Positions 14,701 through 23,793 of a DNA stretch of 64,000 bases are shown piece after piece; within the stretch, counting starts at the first letter, position 1, and each line of letters opens with the position of its first letter. The notes under the pieces are model-generated. The model saw only the letters and a program-made list of their open reading frames with translations, had not been told where the DNA came from and did no database searches. The stretch is from Tubulanus polymorphus (taxonomy: Eukaryota; Animalia; Nemertea): assembly GCF_964204645.1 (NCBI RefSeq), contig NC_134025.1, positions 30,608,299 through 30,672,298 of the forward strand, written 5' to 3'. Both the position numbers and the translations under genes were made by a program.

Positions 14701-17547
14701 CTTTGACGATGGGTGGAAATGATCCGAATGGATCTTGTGTATTTCCTTTCTACGCCGATGGAGAAGTTCATTCTACGTGTATTACTACTAAATATCGTCA
14801 GAAACCGTGGTGTTCAACCACACATAATTACCATCTAAATCATACATGGACTTACTGCATGGAGCGTAAGATATTCATTTCATCTAACTTATTATTAAGT
14901 GAAAAATTTTTTTTTGCATTATGTTCACCCTGAATTTTGAATTATGAATTTAAAGCTAGTAGTCAATTCTAGTTACCGATAATTTTGGGCTTCTGTGATC
15001 TGAAATAAAGATATAATCTGAAATCACACATGCTTTGCTTATATTCTAAAGTGTTCACCATGTCATCCCTAGGACACGGTATATCTGGGATAAGATGAAC
15101 TGATTTGTATCCAACTGTAGAACTATTAAACTGGATCCTGTCTTTTCAATAATTCCTCGCTTTGGTTGTTTTTTTTAATTGTAGCGTTGGAGATCGGAAC
15201 TTTCGGCGGAACTGGTAACAATCGCAACTGTAGTTTCCCGTTCTTTTACAAAGGAGAACTGTATGATAAGTGTATAAACGATACGGCCACTAGTGACTGG
15301 TTGTGGTGTTCGGTAACTCCCGATTATGACGTGGATCAAGCCTGGGGATATTGTAATGGTAAGTTCATCAGTAGCGTGGTGAAATGGTTATTTCATATTT
15401 TCAATATCGACAACAATTCAAAGTTTTACTGTTTTTAACTTAACCTTTCTCGTAAAACAGGACAATTCATACGTTACTTATCAACTAACATTTTCTGGAA
15501 ATGTTCTAAATCTCATCTTAAGAGAAACAGTAAAGAATCTAATTTTTTGGAATTATCAAGAAGTTACTAATTATCTAATCTACAAACTGAAGAAATACGT
15601 CAGTCTACTATCATGTAATGCATTCATTCAAAAAGAATATAAAATCGATTTAAAACTTGTTGAATATGATTCTGTGTTATCTGACGTTTATTACAGTTTT
15701 CTATTTGTCGTTTTTAGTGATGGATATTAAAACATTTGGTTCTAGTTCTAACAAAGCAAAAGATGAAGGAAAATCGTGTCATTTTCCGTTTAAAATGAAT
15801 GATAAAATGTATTCTCGATGTTTACCGTCGGATTTACCGGGTGTTAATATGTGTTCGCTTACTGCTGATTATGATAAGGATAAATCAAAAGCTTACTGTC
15901 TAGGTATGTAAAATTCTTTTATGCCTGAGATAAGATAATCTTGGGGTGGGAGAAAATTGGGTTAGGTTTGAGGCTACCGTCTGTACATAATCGGAAACTG
16001 CATTGAGGTGGTTTGTTTAAACAATATTCAAACCTGAACTGGCAAGCGACTGATTGGGTTTATTTTTGTGGCTGCCTAATCTAATACATTGAAGTTGAAT
16101 AATTTTGTGGCTGCCTAATATGCTAACGTTGAATATATAACCATAGGGGTGTAAAAATCATGTATTGTCAATTGTTATATTTTTGGTCGTTTTAAATAGT
16201 CGGAAAGTTTTTTTTGGTTTTTCTTAATTGATCGTTATAGATGACGTAACTATGACGTATAACGGAAATTCTAACGGTTCGAGCTGCGCGTTCCCGTTCG
16301 TCTATACCGGAAAGGTTTATGCCGAGTGTATCCCGCAGTCGAGAGGTTCACCCTGGTGTTCCACTACACACGATTACGATTCCGACGGGATATGGGGCGA
16401 ATGCGTCCGTGAGTCTAACTAAATAATCTTCTGCGAAGACTTATCATTCATAATTCTTGTAGGCTAATCATTTATAAATTTTAGTTATAATCTTTATTAC
16501 TTTCTTACAATGTATAATTTATTTATATTTGATGTTTATTGGAACATGAAAACGTGTTATTTTTAGCACCGGATAACCAGTTAACGAAAGGAGGAAACGG
16601 CGCTGGTAAACCGTGTCAGTTTCCATTCCTCGATAAAGATGGATCGGTACAAAGAAAATGTCTTACAACGAAATCGAAGCAATGGTGCGCAACGACTCAT
16701 AACTATAAACTTGACCGACAATGGACTTACTGCGTCAATGGTAACTTAGAATATCTTATAATTCTTTTGTTTATCAGTACATCTGAAGTTGACTTTAGGA
16801 TACGACTTCCTACAACGTTGAATAACTTGAACTTCAATGGAATATCTTTGACTCCTTTTCATTTCTAGTGTCAGATTTTATATTGTTATTATATTTGAAA
16901 TATTTTCTAGGGACGTTTGTAATTGAAGGTTTCGGAAACGCTTATCCGGGAGCTACGTGTGAATTCCCTTTCATATACAAGGGTAAAGAGTATAATGAAT
17001 GTATCAAAAGTAAATCGGGAACTTGGTGTTCATTAACTGCTGATTTCGATGCTGATAAACAATGGGGATATTGTACTTACACAAAAAAGTAAGCAATTAT
17101 TCGGAACTTAATTTTACAAAAAATATCTTTTTGAAAATGGTGGTCGTGGCACCTTTCTGGTTGTGCAATCATCATGTTATGTGACCACAGTCTGTGAGAT
17201 CATGGTCAGTATGAGACGGTAAACAAACCTTACACAGACCACTCATACGCAATCTATAGATTGACCAAATAGGTCGGATTAGGATTGTTCTGGTACAAAC
17301 CAGTTTGTGGCCTGTACGACAAAGGTGACGTTATTGTTACGTGATGAAGGTAGCGGCTTCACTTAATACCCGTACTGTACACGACAATCTCACAATGAAA
17401 CAGCGACTAGAATTCACAGTTTTAAGCTCCGGGACGCAATAAAATGTTAAATGGCGTATAAAAATATTTTCCACAGTAATGACATTAAAAACAAATTTGA
17501 ACGTTTTCATTTCTAGGCCAAAGAAAAACGGAAAATCTTCAGGATGA
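8723..17547 (+). CDS. Type II membrane protein: N-terminal signal-anchor, ~1000-aa Thr/Arg/Lys-rich mucin-like stalk, 10 fibronectin type II domains
   Basis: Exon 8723-12737 encodes a TM segment (VVFWTVFLALIGGFLYVVSLIII), the repeats and FN2 #1. One FN2 per exon follows at 13354-13521, 13987-14157, 14251-14430, 14692-14865, 15185-15358, 15718-15903, 16241-16408, 16567-16740 and 16911-17088. The last exon, 17517-17547, gives KPKKNGKSSG*. Each domain matches GG-x-C-x-FPF...C...(W)C-x-TT-x-DYD...WGYC. Confidence 0.9.
9181..12220 (+). repeat. Coding tandem repeat: 36-bp/12-aa unit T(T/M)KPV(V/A)TTT(A/V/P)RR, with a central block of 30/36-bp RP-type units (TTKPTTTVRP)
   Basis: Directly visible, e.g. 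accaccaaaccagtagttaccacaacagcaaggcgt repeated many times, with the frame preserved throughout. Confidence 0.97.
12847..13128. repeat. Interspersed ~280-bp repeat, copy 1 (FN2 gene, first coding intron)
   Basis: Aligns by eye to 17141-17423, with long identical stretches such as aaacaaaccttacacagaccactcatacgcaatctatagattgaccaaataggtcggatt. Confidence 0.9.
17141..17423. repeat. Interspersed ~280-bp repeat, copy 2 (FN2 gene, last intron), same orientation as copy 1
   Basis: Direct repeat of 12847-13128. Confidence 0.9.
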
Positions 17548-18084
17548 TTTGGATGATCTCGGATTGAGAGCCGCTCAGTCTACAAGTTTGGGCCAGAATG
17601 AACTAAATTTTCGTATATTCGTTATGTCTAAAAATGTTGTTCAATAGAAAAATACTAATGTTATTGAATATTACTTAAAAAAATCAAATAAAAACTTATT
17701 TTCCTATAATAACTGGGCGAAGTCTCTGGTCTTTGAGTTGCCACAACTTTTTCCTTTTCTTAAAGCTTGAACGGAATCAGTTGAAAGAAAAAACGGAATC
17801 GGTTTCGAATATATTTTCACATTTTCGCTGATTTGATGAAATTTGAATGAAAAAAGTCGGTCGTATTTGTTTTCCTACTTGGAAATCGGCCACCGAATGG
17901 CGAAACGAAACCGAACGACTCTGGCGGCCCGCGTAATTAGCGCTAACGGAAGGTGCTGCCACCAGTGGATGCAATTTCGGTAGTGGTGCATCGTATTCAA
18001 GGTCGTAGTCACCGAGCGCGCTATGAACTGTCAAAATTTATTAAACTCTATTTAAATCGGTCTGGTTGACTTGAATCAACAAAT

Positions 18085-20931
18085 ATGAACGCAAGAACGG
18101 CTCAACAAGTAAAACTGCAGTTAAAACAGAAGTCGGTGACAGTTCCAGATGAATGGTTGAATGCGTGTATTGAATGGATTCTTTCTGAATATCAGGTCAG
18201 TGTCGGTTCATCATTAAAGATTCTGTGTTAATCTAACTGAAACAAAGCTGATTCGAAAAAGGAAGTTTCAAATAACATTATGCTTTTTAAATTTTTGAAT
18301 TAGCTTCAGTAGTAGCTTCAGTAGCTTTGAAATATCGCACTTTGAAGTTTGATGTTGAAAATTTGAGCAGTTGGATCAATATATTTCAATAAAGCTGTTA
18401 CTGTTTGTGTGTTTTGTTTCAGCAGGAAGCCGGTTCTAGTGTCACTCAGTTGAGTCATCTGGTTTATGAACAGTGGTTAGAAACCGATTTACAACAACTC
18501 AATAGTTCTTCATTTCCTTTAAATCTCAGTAAAGATGATAAATGTAACTTGAATGAGAAATATTGTGTTCAGGTAACCGTGCAAACCCTTCTCATTATAC
18601 GGGGGCTGTTGCTCAAATAGTGCATTTCAGTTAATTAACTCAAATTCTAATTGTAATCAAATGCTCAAAATTGTGAAATTTGGTCCAAATTGAATTTTGA
18701 ACAATTCAGATAAATTCAATGCGAGATGCCGGAGTTTCAGCTTACAGTCAGCTCCAAAAACTGAAAGGAACAGAAAATGAAAATGAACAAGTTTCAGCTG
18801 CTCCTACTCAAACATCAGTAAGTTAATGATGTCATCATTTCAGAGATTTTATTTGTAGTTTTTCAGATTGTAATTTTTCTTTAAAGAATTTCTATATCTG
18901 ATTTTAGTGGGAGCCAAAAGCAAGTCGTATGTTGATGATGTGTTTAACCGATGGTAATCAACAGGTTTTTGGAATGGAGTATAAACCAATTCCTCAAATA
19001 AATTTGAATTTACCTCCAGGAACAAAGGTAATGAAACAATGGGCCATCTATAAAATACGTCACTTTGTTGATTTTCAAACTCCTCAACATTGATGTGTAT
19101 GTCCTTAATATGATGACAAAAATTGAATTGTGTCCCATTTTGCCTGAGTTAACTGTTTTTTTTTGTTCAAGGATAGGAGTAGATATTTTCACTAAAGTCT
19201 AATTTCTATTTTCTACGATCAGTTATTGTTAAAAGGGAATATTATTTGTCGTCATGGTGTTCTGATGTTAACCAGGGATAATATAGAAGTTCTCGGTGGA
19301 CAAGTTGAACATCTTCAACAACTAACTCAGATTCAAATTCTAGCCGGGCATTTGTATGTACAGATTCTTACCGCATCGTCACAATATAATTGAAATAAAT
19401 GAATCTATCGGTTGAAAATGTTTTCATTGATTTTGTTTAGAAATATTGAAGAAGATGAAAATGAACCGAATCGCGCAGAAGAGAATCGTCATAGACAGGT
19501 TCGGGTTTTGATAGTTTATATTTCGAATTCTCAAGGGAATTAAATTGAATATTAATGATGCTAAATATTTAACCGAAGGTTGAAGATTCTAATGAAGAAT
19601 CAGTAATGATGACCACTGCTGCTTCTACTGAGATGTTGGACGATTCATTGTTTAATGATGAAATGGATCCAGCTATTTTACAAGCAATGGATGATCCCGT
19701 AAGTATTATCATGTTACTCATTTTGATGAAAACGAATTTTCATCCAATTGAATTTTGTTAATACTGATTTCAGTGGCAAGATGAAGATGATATGGACCTA
19801 ATGCTTAGCCAAATACCAGAACCAATTCCAAGTCCAGCTCGACAACCTGGTCCATATCAGGTTCCAGTTCGACAACCTGGTCCAGTTCAGAGTCAAGTTC
19901 GACAACCTGGTCCAGTTCATCAACCTGGTCCACTTCAGAGTCAACTTCGACAACCTGGTCCTGTTCGACAACCTGGTCCGATTCAGAGTCCAGTTAATCA
20001 ACATGTATCAGAACCTCTCTTTGCGACTAATAACCCGAGTGGATCAGGAATTGACCTGGAAACTGATTCTAATCGTGAAGTGAAAGATTTGTTGAGAGTA
20101 TTGAATTGGCCGGTGTTCGAGACTCTACACGCAACTAACAACACACGACACGGTAAAATCAGATACAATCATTCCATGAATGATTTTGATGAATTTACTG
20201 TTAATTTTTCTATCTATTAAAGGAATATCAAACAGTAGATATAGAAATGATCTACACTTCAAACAGGCTCCATTCACATATCTAAGTCGAGTTGAGAAAC
20301 TGCTTCCAGTCACCGAACCTCTCATATTTAGAGTAAAGGTAAAATGTAACGGTCAAGTAAGAAATTAATGGAATATAAAACGTTGACAGTTTTCTTTCTA
20401 TTTCATATGACAGGCATATATCTCAACATTGACCGGTAAATTAGAATTTAATTCTGGTCAATATTGGAGCTTATCGGCTAAAATTAACGATGGCACTGCA
20501 TCAGTAGATGTAGATCTCAGTGATCAGGTCAGTTGACATCTGGCTCAATGTAGTGTACTCATTATTGTATGATTTACTTAGATTATTTTCGCTGTAGTTT
20601 CTCACTGAACTGATCGGTTACACGGCTCAGGAAATGTGTAATTTTCGAAAACAAGCTTCGAAAAACCCAGAAATCAAAACACGAATCAGCCAAGTAGGTT
20701 TACAGGGAATATTTTTGAAAAACATTTCTCATACTGAATAACTGATGTTAGTTATTGCGATTGTTTCAGAGCATCAGAAACTGTCAACAAAAGTTGGTTG
20801 ATTTGTACAGCATTCTGGAAATCGAAATTACTACTGATAAATCTTGCAAACCGACCGTTAAAAAACAATATTCATTAAATTCGGAACACGTGAATCAACT
20901 GAAAAAACGACTTACACTGGAGAAAAATTAA
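18085..20931 (+). CDS. RMI1: RecQ-mediated genome instability protein 1 (BTR dissolvasome subunit); about 12 exons
   Basis: N-terminus MNARTAQQVKLQLKQKSVTVPDEWLNACIEWI, then YEQWLETDL. OB1 reads [56 protein letters not shown]...VLGGQVEHL. The C-terminal OB reads PFTYLS...KAYISTLTGKL...WSLSAKINDGTASVDV. Stop TAA at 20929-20931. Confidence 0.95.
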
Positions 20932-21173
20932 CTTCATTGTGGCAGAGGACGATTAACTTCGATTCAGTGCAGAATGTAAATAAAGCTTAATTTTGTTGAT
21001 TTTAAGTTTTGATTTTTTAATGATTTCTCAAGGATGACTAAGGAAGCAATGACACATTTTTAAGTAAAAATTGTGCCTATACTTAGGCAGGAATGGTTGG
21101 CCTCTGCTGATTCTGGAATTATCTTCAAGTGCTTTCCTTTCGACCAGTCGCCCTACCTATTTTAGAATAGCAT

Positions 21174-22047
21174 CATCTGTAAACCCGATAGAAGCGGTCG
21201 GTAGAGAGTTTGTAATCTGTAAACCTGATAGAAGCGGTCGGTAGAGAGTTTGTAATCTGTAAACCTGATAGAAGCGGCCGGTAGAGAGTTTGTAATCTGT
21301 AAACCTGATAGAAGCGGCCGGTAGAGAGTTTGTAATCTGTAAACCTGATAGAAGCTGTCGGTAGAGAGTTTGTAATCTGTAAACCTGATTGAAGCGGCCG
21401 GTAGAGAGTTTGTAATCTGTAAACCTGATAGAAGCGGTCGGTAGAGAGTTTGTAATCTGTAAACCTGATAGAAGCGGTCGGTAGAGTTTGTAATCTGTAA
21501 ACCTGATAGAAGCGGTCGGTAGAGAGTTTGTAATCTGTAAACCTGATAAAAGGTAGAGAGTTTGTAATCTGTAAACCTGATAGAAGCGGTCGGTAGAGTT
21601 TGTAATCTGTAAACCTGATAGAAGCGGTCGGTAGAGAGTTTGTAATCTGTAAACCTGATAGAAGCGGCCGGTAGAGAGTTTGTAATCTGTAAACCTGATA
21701 GAAGCGGTCGGTAGAGAGTTTGTAATCTGTAAACCTGATAGAAGCGGCCGGTAGAGAGTTTGTAATCTGTAAACCTGATAGAAGCGGCCGGTAGAGAGTT
21801 TGTAATCTGTAAACCTGATAGAAGCGGCCGGTAGAGAGTTTGTAATCTGTAAACCTGATAGAAGCGGTCGGTAGAGAGTTTGTAATCTGTAAACCTGATA
21901 GAAGCGGCCGGTAGAGAGTTTGTAATCTGTAAACCTGATAGAAGCGGTCGGTAGAGAGTTTGTAATCTGTAAACCTGATAGAAGCGGTCGGTAGAGAGTT
22001 TGTAATCTGTAAACTTGATAGAAGCGGCCGGTAGAGAGTTTGTAATC
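21174..22047. repeat. 40-bp minisatellite, about 22 copies (aatctgtaaacctgatagaagcggYcggtagagagtttgt)
   Basis: Head-to-tail units with no unique spacers, lying between the convergent 3' ends of RMI1 and PPIL3. Confidence 0.97.
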
Positions 22048-22266
22048 AGGATTTGATATACCGGTACCTAATTACAAACATTCAATAGAGCTCGCATAAA
22101 AGCGAATTCTTCACAAGGCAGAACAAAGGCAGATTGATTGTAAATGACACTTATTTTTATCAAAATAAAAGTTTTATTTTTACAGTGATTTAATATAAAT
22201 CAAGTCATTTGTCCTGTTTCAAATTTACACGAGTTGCTAAATGCATTAATATAAAGCCGATATTTT

Positions 22267-23368
22267 CTAAGGTTCCTGATCAGCGATTGGATTGGCGTGT
22301 ATAGTTATTGAATTAATCCTAGTCTCACCAACCGGTCGATAGGTTTTCTCAGCAACTTCCAGTTTTTCAAATTCATCCAAAACATCTAAACCATCGATAA
22401 CCCTACAATATAAAACAGGAAAGAGATTAACTATAATACAAGAACTGGTGAAAATGTGCAGTCTATTGACATTGAAGATTTTGATGCAACTTACTTTCCA
22501 AACACTGTGTATTTCATGTCTAAATGTGGCTGTTTTCCGTAAGTGATAAAAAACTGTGAACCGTTTGTATTCGGGCCGTTATTCGCCATGGAAATCATTC
22601 CTCTTTTATTGTGCTACAAAAATTCAAACACAATCAATCAGTTGATCGATCAAATAATCAGTAAATCAATCAGATAATTAATCAGTTGATCAAATCCAGT
22701 AAAACCTAAACGTGCGGGGGGTCGAGATCCTGAGTTAATTACCTTTAGATCCTCATGATATTCATCAGCAAACTTTCCACCCCAGATACTTTTACCACCT
22801 TTACCAGTTCCTACAATTATCATTCAACTCTTTATACTAGACTATCTGTATATTAGAACATATAGATTATTGAGTGATTGAAGAATGTTGAGATAGTTAC
22901 CTGAAGGATCACCAGTTTGCAACATAAAATCTTTAATATTCCTGTGAAATATACATCCGTCATAATAACCACTGGCGCATAGTGCTAAAAAATTCTACAA
23001 ATATAAAATATTGTTAATGAAATATTTTCTGCGATTTGCGCTTTGGACTCAGTAGCGCAAGGCTGGTTTGATTTCACTGGTCACATACCTCACTTGTCTT
23101 GGGTACTTCGTCACAAAATATTTCTATTTTCAAATTACCTAGATCTGTATGTAACGTCACAGACTGAAATAAATAATAAAATATTTCGAATAGTAATGTC
23201 AAAAAATGTCGCAATTTAATCAACATTGAATTGAATTGAAATGTTTGAATTTAGTTTTCTCTTAACGTTTTACCCTTTTAAACCAGTATAAATCAGGTAA
23301 AGATTGACTATAAGCGGGTTAAACTTATCTTTTAATAGATTAGATATAAAAACCATCAATCTTACCAT
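22267..23368 (-). CDS. PPIL3: Peptidyl-prolyl cis-trans isomerase-like 3 (cyclophilin J); missed by the ORF track because its exons are small
   Basis: Minus-strand exons: ATG alone (23366-23368, followed by gtaag), then [25 protein letters not shown]|[31 protein letters not shown]|[23 protein letters not shown]|[40 protein letters not shown]|[14 protein letters not shown]...[11 protein letters not shown]. Confidence 0.95.
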
Positions 23369-23793
23369 TTCAAATGAACGAATGAGTAAAGAGTTAGCTT
23401 TAAAACGCTTCAACCACCGGTGTATAGCAAGGTAATAAATGCTGATTGAATTTGATTATTGCTCCGCTAGGCGGTGCACCGGTAGATTATTCACCGGTAG
23501 ATTTTATTCACGGTTGATTGAATTTGAAAAGTGATAGGTAATTCACGCTCTGCTGCAAATAAAGCCACACACTAAAAATAACCAACCCTTCTACAATTCA
23601 GTTCACACGTTGTTTGTAGTAAGTCCATTGGATGAATCAAAGTACCTGAACCGTGTCTTCCCTTTCTGCTTTCATGCTTTTAAAAATTTGGGCCCTTCTT
23701 CAGTAAAACTCGTTCCTTCAGAGATGAGATAATCAATGCTTATAAATTTCTTTTTTTCATTCCAGATTCTTCTATATCAAAATATCCTGAAAA

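Noticed and set aside
21174-22047. CRISPR-like array (also considered for 24215-24648, 56575-56997 and 61335-61983)
   Set aside because: The units are head to tail with no unique spacers, there are no cas genes, and the context is eukaryotic.
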